Shown piece by piece: positions 28,436 through 38,097 of a DNA stretch of 64,000 nt. The notes under the pieces are model-generated. The model saw only the letters and a program-made list of their open reading frames with translations. It made no database searches and was not told where the DNA came from. Source of the DNA: Pseudomonadota bacterium (GTDB taxonomy: Bacteria > Pseudomonadota > Gammaproteobacteria > Pseudomonadales > UBA7434). Both the position numbers and the translations under genes were made by a program. Positions within the stretch are counted from its first letter, which is position 1. Each line of letters starts with the position of its first letter. The stretch spans positions 460 through 64,459 of the forward strand of contig JAYYUJ010000018.1 in NCBI GenBank assembly GCA_036344075.1, given 5' to 3'.

Positions 28436-30714
28436 TATGAGTATTTATCCGTTTTGACTAATAATGAAGGTAAAAAGAAAAGGTCAGCGATCATTGCTGT
28501 GGCAATACAGACAACCGATAAGGCATACATTTGAACATTCATACGCAGTTCAGCGGTGAATACTGGAATAAGGTAGCCAATACAGAGCACTAAGCTAGTA
28601 ATAATAATGGCACGCCCGACAAGAGAGTAGGTGTTATCAACCGCTATCGCTGGCGATTGGCCTTGTAATCGCTGGCGACGATAACTGACCACAAAATGGA
28701 TGGTGTCATCAACCACGATACCCAATGTCATACTAAAGATCATCGCGGTTCCCATGTCGATTTCGCCAATCAATAAGCCGCACAGACCAAACGCTACAAT
28801 TGCAGGGAGCAGGTTAGGTATCATGCAGAGTAAACCAAGTCTTATTGAGCGAAAGGCAATAATCATACTCAAGCAGACAAAACCGGCGACGAAAAGGCAA
28901 CCTTGCAACATACTAAGAATATTCGATTGCGCCACATATGCCATCATCAAGGGTGGACTGGATGACTCAAAATCTGTAATGGCTGATGATGACGCAGCAA
29001 GCTTGTCTAGCACCCGTTGATTAAACGCTAGCACTTCTTGACTGCTCATGGCTGCCATCATCGCCGTGACCCTGACGGCGCTCTTGTCGATATTAATACT
29101 GTCTTGTAAGTCTAGCTCTTCAGGTATGCTCGATTCATAGACCAAAAGGTATTCTGCAATTGCCCGTCGGTCATCGGGTATTGCATAGTAGTGTTGATCA
29201 TCGCCATGCATGGTTTTATGTAAGCGCTTAATGATTTGATGGTAACCGCTGACTTTTAATACCTCAGGTTGCTGCTCTAACCATTGAGCAAACTGATCAA
29301 CATTGCGTAGAAATTCTGGCTCAACAATATTGCCGGGGCCGCTTGAGCGAAGCAGGTAGTCAATTAATTCTGAGCCTGATAATTCTTGATCGAGGTATTC
29401 AGTAGCGACTCGAATGGGCGCGTCTTTATGAAAAGCCGACATCGATTCATGGTTGGTGCTGTTGGATAGTGCGGCGGGCACCATGACGGCAATAACCAGC
29501 CAACCGATGGGTAAATATTTTTTCCCGTGCCGCTTGAATAAGCTTTGGCAGTAAATAACCAGACCGGAAACCGGTGGTCGAGCGACTTTTTTTGCTGGCA
29601 GCAATAACATAAATGCAGGTAATAAAGTTATCGACGCAATAAAGGCAAACATCACACCAAACGCCGTAGCGGTTCCAAACTCTCTGAATGGCGGCGAGTC
29701 AGCAAAATTCATTGCTAAAAATCCTATCGCTGTGGTTAGACTGGTGATGAATAAGGCTTCCATGTTTTTAGCCAGGCTATCCTTCATGGCCGAAAATTTA
29801 TCCACCCCTTCGTTTAACCGACTAAAGTAAGCCGATAGAATATGAACGCAATCCAGGATAGCCATCATGTAAACAATGTAGGGCGTGCTCATGTTGATAC
29901 CATTAAAGTCGGTATAGACTAAGCCTAAAAAGCCTGTTGCCGCGATCACGCTCACTAACATAATAATTAAGCCAGCGACGACCGCGGCTATTGATCGTAA
30001 AAAGAAGGCTAATAATAGTAGCAGGCATAAGAACATTCTGAGTTCAACATTCACCGCATCACGTTCAGCAATCTCAACAATATTGGCATCGACAGCGAGT
30101 TGACCACTGACTTGTATCGACATTGACGGATAAAGCTGGGTAAATTGTTCGGCCAGATCGCGACTAGCCTGCATCACCTGAGGTTTTTGATCTTGCTGTT
30201 GTTCCGAAATATTTAAGTAGGCAATGACTAGGCTAATATTACCCGCTTGGTTAATTAAGCGGTCTTTTAGTTCGGGTTCAGCAAGAACAATATTTTTGAT
30301 CCTTTGTTGGTAATGTTGATCTTTATCAGCATAGGGATCAAATAGATCTTCGACCCATAGATCATCGCCATCTGCCGTCGTGTGTTGATGGTTGGCAATT
30401 GAGATGACTCGGCTTACAAAGGGCAGACGCCAAGCTTGATCACTAAACCATTGGATGCCGGCTAAATTATTGGCATTGAATAAATCGCTGTTTTCGGATT
30501 CTAGAATAAATATTTGGGTATAAGAGTGTGTGAACTCTTGCTCCATATTCTCATAAGCCACCAGTAATGGGTCATCGTCGTCAAAGAAAATACGAAAATC
30601 GGCATTAAAGCCAAAGCTACCTAATGAAGTGGCCAGCCAAGCGCTCACCAGCAGTAATAAGAGACTGCTTACGTACCGCCAGTGAATTAAATTATCAGCA
30701 ATTCTTTGCCACAT
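28435..30714 (-). CDS. RND-superfamily exporter (MMPL/HpnN-like, COG1033 type)
   Basis: 759 aa. Two blocks of about 5-6 TM helices each follow a large soluble loop, which is the duplicated RND architecture. No adjacent membrane-fusion or TolC-type gene. Confidence 0.8.
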   Translation of the reverse strand: MWQRIADNLIHWRYVSSLLLLLVSAWLATSLGSFGFNADFRIFFDDDDPLLVAYENMEQEFTHSYTQIFILESENSDLFNANNLAGIQWFSDQAWRLPFVSRVISIANHQHTTADGDDLWVEDLFDPYADKDQHYQQRIKNIVLAEPELKDRLINQAGNISLVIAYLNISEQQQDQKPQVMQASRDLAEQFTQLYPSMSIQVSGQLAVDANIVEIAERDAVNVELRMFLCLLLLLAFFLRSIAAVVAGLIIMLVSVIAATGFLGLVYTDFNGINMSTPYIVYMMAILDCVHILSAYFSRLNEGVDKFSAMKDSLAKNMEALFITSLTTAIGFLAMNFADSPPFREFGTATAFGVMFAFIASITLLPAFMLLLPAKKVARPPVSGLVIYCQSLFKRHGKKYLPIGWLVIAVMVPAALSNSTNHESMSAFHKDAPIRVATEYLDQELSGSELIDYLLRSSGPGNIVEPEFLRNVDQFAQWLEQQPEVLKVSGYHQIIKRLHKTMHGDDQHYYAIPDDRRAIAEYLLVYESSIPEELDLQDSINIDKSAVRVTAMMAAMSSQEVLAFNQRVLDKLAASSSAITDFESSSPPLMMAYVAQSNILSMLQGCLFVAGFVCLSMIIAFRSIRLGLLCMIPNLLPAIVAFGLCGLLIGEIDMGTAMIFSMTLGIVVDDTIHFVVSYRRQRLQGQSPAIAVDNTYSLVGRAIIITSLVLCIGYLIPVFTAELRMNVQMYALSVVCIATAMIADLFFLPSLLVKTDKYS

Positions 30715-30867
30715 ACATTCGCCTTAATAAGTTCACGATTATCAATAATGCACCTTGAACAAAATGCTAAACAGTTATCATACGATAGGCCAGTATTTTG
30801 CTGAGGTTTTATTGTTAAATGGATTACAAGGACTTTAGGCTGGCACGGCTAAGCAGAGGTCATAGCG

Positions 30868-32166
30868 TTAATGGAGTTTACGCATCACGTTTTCTGCGGC
30901 GCTTAAGCTTTTATCGATGATGTCAGTGGTATGCGCGGCGGAGACAAAACCGGCTTCAAAACTGGCTGGCGCTAAATACACGCCATGGGCTAACATGCCG
31001 TGAAAGAATTGATTAAATCGTTCGGTATTGGCATTGATCACTTGATCATAGCGCGTCACTTTTTCAATCTCAGTAAAAAACACGCCAAACATGCTGCCCA
31101 CATGGTTAGTGGTCAAAGGAATACCGCAGTTTTCAGCAATCGCTTTTAGGCCAGTAGTCCACTGCTCAGTAGCACTGAACAGTGGAGGATAAAAGTCGTC
31201 GTTAGTTAATTGATTAAGCGTTGCCAGACCCGCGGCCATGGCTACGGGGTTGCCCGATAAAGTGCCAGCCTGATAAACCGGACCTATTGGTGCGAGTGAT
31301 TCCATGATGGATTTTTTACCGCCAAATGCGCCTACAGGCATGCCACCGCCAATCACTTTACCTAAGGTGGTTAAGTCGGGTGTGACTTGATAATGCCCTT
31401 GAGCCCCCTGTGGATGTACGCGGAACCCTGTCATAACTTCATCAAAAATAAGTACTGCGCCCGACCTGTCGCAAACATCTCTCAGCGCGGTTAAAAAGCC
31501 ATCAACGGGTGGTACGCAATTCATGTTACCGGCTACAGGCTCAACAATAATGCAAGCAATGCTGTTGCCTTGCTCGGCAAAGATACGCTGAACTTGTTCA
31601 ATGTCGTTATAAGTGAGATTCAGCGTGTGCTTGACTAAGGATTCAGGCACGCCCGGTGAGCTTGGCGTGCCAAAGGTTAATGCGCCTGAGCCTGCCTTAA
31701 CCAATAATGAGTCAGAATGCCCGTGGTAGCAGCCTTCAAATTTAACGATTTTATCGCGGCCAGTAAAACCACGCGCTAAACGAATCGCGCTCATGGTGGC
31801 CTCGGTGCCTGAACTTACCATCCGGATCATATCCATTGAGGGTATGATCGATTTGATTTTTTCAGCTAAAACCGTTTCGATTTCAGTGGGTGCACCAAAG
31901 CTCAGACCATGGGTCATTTTCTCTTGAACAGCAGCAATCACACTGGGGTGAGCATGGCCGAGAATCATGGGTCCCCACGATTGCACATAATCGATGTATT
32001 GTTTGTTGTCACTGTCGACAATATAGGGGCCGTGTGCCGACTGAATAAATAAAGGCGTGCCGCCGACGGCTTTAAATGCTCTGACCGGTGAATTAACCCC
32101 ACCAGGTATAGAGGCTTGTGCTTGCTTAAACAGTTTTTCTGAGTTGGGATGCAAAGATGCAGTCAT
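30868..32166 (-). CDS. hemL: Glutamate-1-semialdehyde 2,1-aminomutase
   Basis: 432 aa. Motifs seen: [10 protein letters not shown], the class-III aminotransferase core, and DEVMTGFR. Confidence 0.95.
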   Translation of the reverse strand: MTASLHPNSEKLFKQAQASIPGGVNSPVRAFKAVGGTPLFIQSAHGPYIVDSDNKQYIDYVQSWGPMILGHAHPSVIAAVQEKMTHGLSFGAPTEIETVLAEKIKSIIPSMDMIRMVSSGTEATMSAIRLARGFTGRDKIVKFEGCYHGHSDSLLVKAGSGALTFGTPSSPGVPESLVKHTLNLTYNDIEQVQRIFAEQGNSIACIIVEPVAGNMNCVPPVDGFLTALRDVCDRSGAVLIFDEVMTGFRVHPQGAQGHYQVTPDLTTLGKVIGGGMPVGAFGGKKSIMESLAPIGPVYQAGTLSGNPVAMAAGLATLNQLTNDDFYPPLFSATEQWTTGLKAIAENCGIPLTTNHVGSMFGVFFTEIEKVTRYDQVINANTERFNQFFHGMLAHGVYLAPASFEAGFVSAAHTTDIIDKSLSAAENVMRKLH

Positions 32167-32316
32167 GGTATTATCCGGGCTGAAATAAAAAAGGGTACGG
32201 TGTTAAAGCGGGAGTTTACCGTAAAAATAGGGCGGTTAGTGCGCTTGCCTTATTATTTACGCGATCGAGGCTTAGTGGATCAATTTAGCCAAGTGATAAT
32301 ACTGTTATACGCTAGT

Positions 32317-33126
32317 CTAGGTCTGATCGTCAAAATCTGGCGGCCGATTTTCCTTTCGAGCTTTAATCGCTTCTTGAAAGTTATTCGTGGTCATGCGAAC
32401 AAATAATTGTGTAATACCCTCGTGGTGCATGTGTCCATTCAGTGACGCGGCTTCAATACTGGCATTCATCAGCATCTTAGTTTGTTCAATGCCCATATGA
32501 CTGTGACGTAAAATACTGTCTGCCATTGTGAGGCATTCTTCGAGGAGGCGATCATTGCTACACACTTTTGAAACAATGCCAAAGCGTTCAGCTTCTTGCG
32601 CATCCACATCGCGGCCGGTCAGCATAATGTCGTTAGCGCGAGTGATGCCAATGGTGCGTGGCAATAAGTAGCTTAGCCCCAGTTCCGCCGAGGTTAAGCC
32701 ATTATTGATGCCTGCCGCTCGGAAAAATGCCGACTCAGAGGCAATGCGTAAATCCGCCGCCATGGCGAGGCAAAATCCACCACCCACAGCAGGGCCATTA
32801 ATGGCGGCCATAACAGGCTGTGTCATGTCACGAATAGTTTTCATCACATCATCTAATACTCTCATGGCGCGTAAGGCGATTCTTGGCATGGTATGACCAT
32901 CGAAAACCGACAGATAGCCAGGATCTTGTAAATCGGCGCCAGCACAAAAAGTACTGCCTTCGCCAGTTAAAATCACTAGCCGGATATCGCTGCGAAAGCT
33001 AATTTTCTCTAATTCTTCCTTTAGCGGTTGCATGACATCAAATGCCATGGCATTCATTCGTTCAGGACGATTCAGTGTGACTAAGGCGACGCCCTCTTGG
33101 GGATAGGTTATTTTTATAAATGACAT
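32317..33126 (-). CDS. Enoyl-CoA hydratase/isomerase (crotonase) family protein
   Basis: 269 aa. Motifs seen: FCAGADL (oxyanion hole), INGPAVGGG, and the crotonase fold length. Confidence 0.85.
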   Translation of the reverse strand: MSFIKITYPQEGVALVTLNRPERMNAMAFDVMQPLKEELEKISFRSDIRLVILTGEGSTFCAGADLQDPGYLSVFDGHTMPRIALRAMRVLDDVMKTIRDMTQPVMAAINGPAVGGGFCLAMAADLRIASESAFFRAAGINNGLTSAELGLSYLLPRTIGITRANDIMLTGRDVDAQEAERFGIVSKVCSNDRLLEECLTMADSILRHSHMGIEQTKMLMNASIEAASLNGHMHHEGITQLFVRMTTNNFQEAIKARKENRPPDFDDQT

Positions 33127-33183
33127 GGTCAGTTCAGTTCCTTACATTGTTTGAGTTGGTTATTATGCATTTAAAGTATTTGC

Positions 33184-34383
33184 TTAAGATTTAAATCGCT
33201 GCCGAATACCGGCTCGTCTTTCGAGCATATCGTCGATTCTTTGCTGCTCACTGATCTTGCCTATTAATTCGGGATATTTTTTCTCGAGCGCCTCAATCGA
33301 TAATTGTTCTGCGGTGGGTTTAGGGTAATGGTCACTGCCAATCCAGCGATAGGTAATATAGCCTTCTTCGTGGCCGCAAGGGTCAAGCCAGTTTTTTGCG
33401 CCAATATCTACATGACTAATAATAATTAGTAATTCGCCGTCTTGTTCTAGCCTTGCGTGGTGGCAGTTCGTCGAACTGAATCGGTATCGATAGTCCATGG
33501 TTTCCCACCAGTAGTTACCAAATTCGACCGCCCAATAATCAGCAGTCGGCGGCGTGACCCTGAGGATTAATGCTTCATCAACTGGTATTTTCCAATACGC
33601 TATGATCGGCGCTCCACCGGGTGTAAAGTCAATTTTATTTTTTTCAAGCTCACCATAAGACATAAAGGTATTTGGCGTTGCTTTCCATTTATCAATCATG
33701 TCGGCCCAATAGGTCGATGACCGGTTAACCCAGTCACTGGTTTTCTTTAATCCTTCACTGAGTGCCTTAGCGGTGAACAAGGGGGTTTGATTGTCTTGGC
33801 CGATACGTTCGATATTCGCTTCCATGGGTTTTTCGTTTAGCCAGTCGGCGAAGAATTGTCGAAAGGTAATTCGATAACTCGCTGCTGAGGTTTGCATCCA
33901 GTTAGTTTTTTTAATATCAAGTTCTGCGGGTTTCTCTGGGCCGATAATCAGTTCAAAATGACCCTCGCCATCAACCACTAAATCTTGGCCAAGCCGTGTA
34001 TTAACAACGGCACCGCCCCAAGGGGTATTGCCATTTTCGAGTATGGTGATTGCAAAATATCGGGCGTTACCTCGATGACCGCTAATGTGATAGAAATCTT
34101 GACCATTAATGGGTGCGCCACTGTAATGCGCATCGGTGTTGTCACCGCCTTGTTTTCTTAGCGGGTCAAAATAATGCAGTAGCTCTGGATATTTTGGATC
34201 ATGATTTTCCATTTCAAACTGCATCGCTAGAGCAACATTTCTGGCCAATAGCCGCATACCTGTTGCACGAGTGATTTCATTATCAGGTATGCCATCACGA
34301 AAAATAAGATCACCGCTGGCTTTCAAGTCATCACAAAATTCACGCCAGGCTTGACGAATAGTTTCATTGCTCTCTTGAGTCAT
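33184..34383 (-). CDS. Conserved hypothetical protein, possibly DUF1214-containing
   Basis: 399 aa with no signal peptide. The segment GGDNTDAHYSGAPINGQDFYHISGHRGNARYF resembles the DUF1214 core pattern as I remember it. The assignment is weak. Confidence 0.4.
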   Translation of the reverse strand: MTQESNETIRQAWREFCDDLKASGDLIFRDGIPDNEITRATGMRLLARNVALAMQFEMENHDPKYPELLHYFDPLRKQGGDNTDAHYSGAPINGQDFYHISGHRGNARYFAITILENGNTPWGGAVVNTRLGQDLVVDGEGHFELIIGPEKPAELDIKKTNWMQTSAASYRITFRQFFADWLNEKPMEANIERIGQDNQTPLFTAKALSEGLKKTSDWVNRSSTYWADMIDKWKATPNTFMSYGELEKNKIDFTPGGAPIIAYWKIPVDEALILRVTPPTADYWAVEFGNYWWETMDYRYRFSSTNCHHARLEQDGELLIIISHVDIGAKNWLDPCGHEEGYITYRWIGSDHYPKPTAEQLSIEALEKKYPELIGKISEQQRIDDMLERRAGIRQRFKS

Positions 34384-34425
34384 AATTTATTGCCTTATTA
34401 TTTTGTTTACCTTCATTGGCGTCAT

Positions 34426-35265
34426 TTAGGGCATGTAGGCGCCACCGCTCACACTGATCAACTGACCGGTAATATAGCTTGATACATCCGAGGCTAAAAA
34501 AAGCGTTAAATTAGCGATATCGACAGGCCGGCCTAATCGTGGAATAGGCAGTCCGCTCATATTAAACAGCGTCCCTTCCTCTAAGGCATTTTGCATATCA
34601 TCGGGTCGACCGATCTGCTCAAAGCCAAAGCGATTCCAGAAGCTACCTTCGCCCACTTCTTCTTCTTTGTACGGGACAATCCAGCCAGGACAAATATTAT
34701 TAACTCGTACACCTGCTTTAGCCCATTCCCAAGCAAGGCTTTTAGAAAAAGAATTGACGAAGCCCTTAACGCCACCATAATGTGCGATGCCTGCAGCAGC
34801 TTCACCCAGTAAGGACGAGTTTGAAGAAATATTAATAATGCTACCAGAGCCTCTTGAAAGCATATCGTTGGCAACCGCTTGACAGCAATTGACCACACCA
34901 TCGATATTAAGTTTTTTCTCCCAGTCACGATCTTCATCACTCAGTGCTTCAAGTGCTGAAGGTTGCGATACGCCGCCGGCATTATTGACCAGTATATCCA
35001 CGGCACCAAATACCTCATGACAGCGTGCGATCATCGCATCCACCGAGGCTCTGTCTGTCACATCAGTGGCTATCGCTAATACTTTACCGGCTAGCTTTTG
35101 CTTTGCCGCTTCTTGCTCTAATATGGCGCCTTGTTTTGTATCGCGTGAGGCGCTAATGACATTAGCCCCTTCTTTGGCAAACTCTAAAACCAAGCCTCTA
35201 CCGATTCCACCGCTACCGCCTGTGATGATGACATTTTTATTATTCAGTCCTAAATCCATAGTCAT
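34426..35265 (-). CDS. Short-chain dehydrogenase/reductase
   Basis: 279 aa. Motifs seen: TGGSGGIGRG, NNAG, and the catalytic YGGVKGF (YxxxK). Confidence 0.85.
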   Translation of the reverse strand: MTMDLGLNNKNVIITGGSGGIGRGLVLEFAKEGANVISASRDTKQGAILEQEAAKQKLAGKVLAIATDVTDRASVDAMIARCHEVFGAVDILVNNAGGVSQPSALEALSDEDRDWEKKLNIDGVVNCCQAVANDMLSRGSGSIINISSNSSLLGEAAAGIAHYGGVKGFVNSFSKSLAWEWAKAGVRVNNICPGWIVPYKEEEVGEGSFWNRFGFEQIGRPDDMQNALEEGTLFNMSGLPIPRLGRPVDIANLTLFLASDVSSYITGQLISVSGGAYMP

Positions 35266-35418
35266 GTTCTCTTTAGTAGTAATGGTTTAAAGTATTCAAA
35301 TCTCGTTCCTATTCACCGATTATAGGCTAATAACGCGTCTGCCTGCACGGCACGTGACCAAGCTGTAAACAAATGGAAATGAACAAGATTTCTTAGTGAA
35401 TGGTATATAGGCAATGTT

Positions 35419-36639
35419 ATGAGTAATCCGAAGAATCCAGAATGGCTGGAAGCGACCAATCGCGAGGGTGAATCGTTTGATTTACCTTCAGTCGTCCCTT
35501 TAGATTTTGACTCGCTGGTTAATGCCGCTAAGGCGAAAGCGGGACTCGATGACTTCGGCGAAGATTATTGGCAGGCGCCGCTGAAAATGCTCTGTGATGA
35601 TTTAAACAGCGTCGCAGAATTAACCTTATTTGGCCGGCTAATGGCGCGTAATGATTTGCTGATCTGGTTAAATCAGCGTTTAGAAATTACTGAGTTGACT
35701 AAGCGCCACCCAGAAATTCTTGAGCAAGCGATTGTTGCGCCCATGTTCATCGTTGGTTTGCCGCGGTCCGGCACGTCAATTTTATTTGAAGTGCTAGCCC
35801 AGGACCCTGATGTCGGCGTGCCAAAAATGTGGGAATCGATGCTTCCCACCCCGCCGCCAGAAACAGCGACCTATTTAACGGATAAACGCATTGAGCATGC
35901 CCATCAATTGTTTACCCAGTGGAATAGGGCGGTGCCCGAGTTTGCTACCGTGCACGAAATGGCCGGTGATATACCGGCTGAATGCGGTCTAATTATGGCA
36001 GGCAGCTTTATCAGTGATCATATAGCTTCATTACACATGTCTGATAATTATGGCGCATGGCACGCACAGGCAGATTTAACGCCCGCTTATCAATGGCATA
36101 AAATTATATTGCAGGTATTACAGTGGAAAAATCCACGCAAGCGCTGGTTACTCAAAGCGCCTGCGCATCAAAGTAAACTTGACACCTTGTTAAAAATTTA
36201 TCCTGATGCCCGTATTATTCAAACCCATCGCGACCCGATTCAATGCATGGGGTCAGCAACTAATTTAATGGCTTGTTTATATAAAATGAGGAGCAATAAG
36301 CCGTTCAATGCAGCTGTCTTCGATGAGTTCTTGGTCGGCGAGGCCACCGCGCAACGCCTAGAGTTGGTCATTGACCAAGTGGCTTCGGGCGTGGTTCCTA
36401 AGCAGAGCCTTTGTGATTCGCGCTATTGCGATTTAATGGATCAGCCCATTGAGTGTGTCGAGCATATCTACCGGTACTTTGATATGCCCTTAACGGTGGC
36501 CACTAAACAGCGAATATTGGATTATTTAGCAGCTAAGCCAAAAGGCAAATTTGGCGCACACAATTATCAATCAGATGCGACTGAACGGCATTATTTTGAG
36601 CGTTATCAACAACATTATCAGGTGCCTTCAGAAGTATAA
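35419..36639 (+). CDS. Sulfotransferase family protein (Sulfotransfer_3-like)
   Basis: 406 aa. It has a PAPS 5'-phosphosulfate-binding loop LPRSGTSILFEVL and a 3'-phosphate-binding region THRDPIQCMGS. Confidence 0.7.
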   Translation: MSNPKNPEWLEATNREGESFDLPSVVPLDFDSLVNAAKAKAGLDDFGEDYWQAPLKMLCDDLNSVAELTLFGRLMARNDLLIWLNQRLEITELTKRHPEILEQAIVAPMFIVGLPRSGTSILFEVLAQDPDVGVPKMWESMLPTPPPETATYLTDKRIEHAHQLFTQWNRAVPEFATVHEMAGDIPAECGLIMAGSFISDHIASLHMSDNYGAWHAQADLTPAYQWHKIILQVLQWKNPRKRWLLKAPAHQSKLDTLLKIYPDARIIQTHRDPIQCMGSATNLMACLYKMRSNKPFNAAVFDEFLVGEATAQRLELVIDQVASGVVPKQSLCDSRYCDLMDQPIECVEHIYRYFDMPLTVATKQRILDYLAAKPKGKFGAHNYQSDATERHYFERYQQHYQVPSEV

Positions 36640-36672
36640 CTTATAAAAACTTTTAACCGAGTTGAGACAGCT

Positions 36673-37830
36673 ATGGATAATACGATTAAACCCTTTAAGG
36701 TTCATGTCAGTGATGCCGATATTGCTGATTTGAAGCAACGTTTAGACTTAACCCGTTGGCCAGACCAAATACCTAATACCGAGTGGCGCTACGGTGCAAA
36801 AACCGACTATATTCAGCAACTTTGTGATTACTGGCAGCACCATTACGACTGGCGCAAACATGAAGCAAGGCTCAATCAGTTTGCGCAGTTCACTACGCGG
36901 ATCGATGCGCATGACATCCATTTTATTCATGCGCGTTCCAAACAACCGAATGCGGTGCCATTGTTAATTAGCCATGGCTGGCCGGGCACCATCGTTGAAT
37001 TTTTGAATGTCATCGATCCGTTGACTAATCCTGAAGCGCATGGCGGTAAAGCTGAAGATGCATTTCATGTGGTTTGCCCGTCTTTGCCGGGTTATGGCTT
37101 TTCAGGCACCACTCACCGCGAGCAGGTGGACACGCTTGCCATGGCTGAGATGTTTGCCGAGTTAATGGCGCGATTGGGTTATGAAAAGTATATCGCGCAA
37201 GGCGGTGACTGGGGCGCTATCATCACCTCTAATTTAGCCATCGTCGATGCCGACCATCTTTATGGTATCCACTTGAATATGCCTTTTGGTTATGCGTTAA
37301 CGGAAGATCCCCATGAGGGCTTATCGCCACAAGAGATTGATGATGTGAATGCCATGAGTAGCTTTGAGGCGATGGAAACGGGTTATCAAAAAATTCAGGG
37401 CACGAAACCACAAACATTAGGGGTGGGTTTAAACGATTCTCCGGCTGGCCTTTGCGCCTGGATTACCGAAAAGTTTTATACTTGGATGGACTGTGACGGT
37501 AATATTGAATCCGTGCTAGATAAAGACGAGTTACTCACTAACATTTCAGTTTATTGGTTCACGCAGAGTATTTGTTCATCGACTCGTTTGTATTATGAAG
37601 TTACTCAAAATGCGCGATTAAAATTTCTAGAGCAACCGGTTACTGTGCCCTTAGGTGTGGCGCGCTACCCCAAGGAAGTGATGCGATTTCCGCGCCAGTG
37701 GTGTGAAAATGTTTACACTCAAATTGTCCACTGGCAAGATTTTGATCGTGGCGGTCATTTTGCCGCAATGGAGCGTCCAGCGGAATTCTTAGCTGAAATT
37801 CGTAAATTTAAAGCGTTGGTTTGCGATTAA
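36673..37830 (+). CDS. Epoxide hydrolase (microsomal/EHN-type alpha/beta hydrolase)
   Basis: 385 aa. It has the EHN N-terminal domain (FKVHVSDADIADLKQRLDLTRWPDQ), the HGWPGT oxyanion motif, the nucleophile GGDWGA, and a C-terminal GGHFAAME. Confidence 0.85.
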   Translation: MDNTIKPFKVHVSDADIADLKQRLDLTRWPDQIPNTEWRYGAKTDYIQQLCDYWQHHYDWRKHEARLNQFAQFTTRIDAHDIHFIHARSKQPNAVPLLISHGWPGTIVEFLNVIDPLTNPEAHGGKAEDAFHVVCPSLPGYGFSGTTHREQVDTLAMAEMFAELMARLGYEKYIAQGGDWGAIITSNLAIVDADHLYGIHLNMPFGYALTEDPHEGLSPQEIDDVNAMSSFEAMETGYQKIQGTKPQTLGVGLNDSPAGLCAWITEKFYTWMDCDGNIESVLDKDELLTNISVYWFTQSICSSTRLYYEVTQNARLKFLEQPVTVPLGVARYPKEVMRFPRQWCENVYTQIVHWQDFDRGGHFAAMERPAEFLAEIRKFKALVCD

Positions 37831-38041
37831 AAACATTATTTATCAGCAGCTTAACGTTTATTTTTATTCTGCGCAGCAATTTTATTATTATTGCGTTTTG
37901 CTCATGCAAGCGCACGAGATTACGGTAAAATTGACTGCTAGTGTATAGGGATTGTCGCTTTTAGGCGTTAATTTGAGTGGCTTTGTTCTAGTATTTCGCT
38001 TCAATAAAGCGTATTTTTTGAAAGAATCTGTGCGTCATTCG

Positions 38042-38073
38042 AGTCAAGTAAGCGACTTGACTGTGTCAGTCAA
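38042..38073 (+). promoter_or_regulatory. Two overlapping inverted repeats upstream of the amidohydrolase gene (candidate operator or 5'-UTR structure)
   Basis: The first is AGTCAAGT-aagcg-ACTTGACT (38042-38062, an 8-bp perfect stem). The second is TTGACTG-tgt-CAGTCAA (38057-38073, 7-bp arms). They share the ACTTGACT segment. The second repeat ends 24 nt before the ATG at 38098. Confidence 0.4.
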
Positions 38074-38097
38074 TCAGTAACGGTGTTGAGGTTAATT

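Noticed and set aside
32149-32406. An 85-aa plus-strand ORF spanning the hemL / crotonase spacer.
   Set aside because: It overlaps the 5' end of hemL and the 3' end of the crotonase gene in antisense, and I recognise no motifs in it. It is most likely a non-coding promoter/terminator region.
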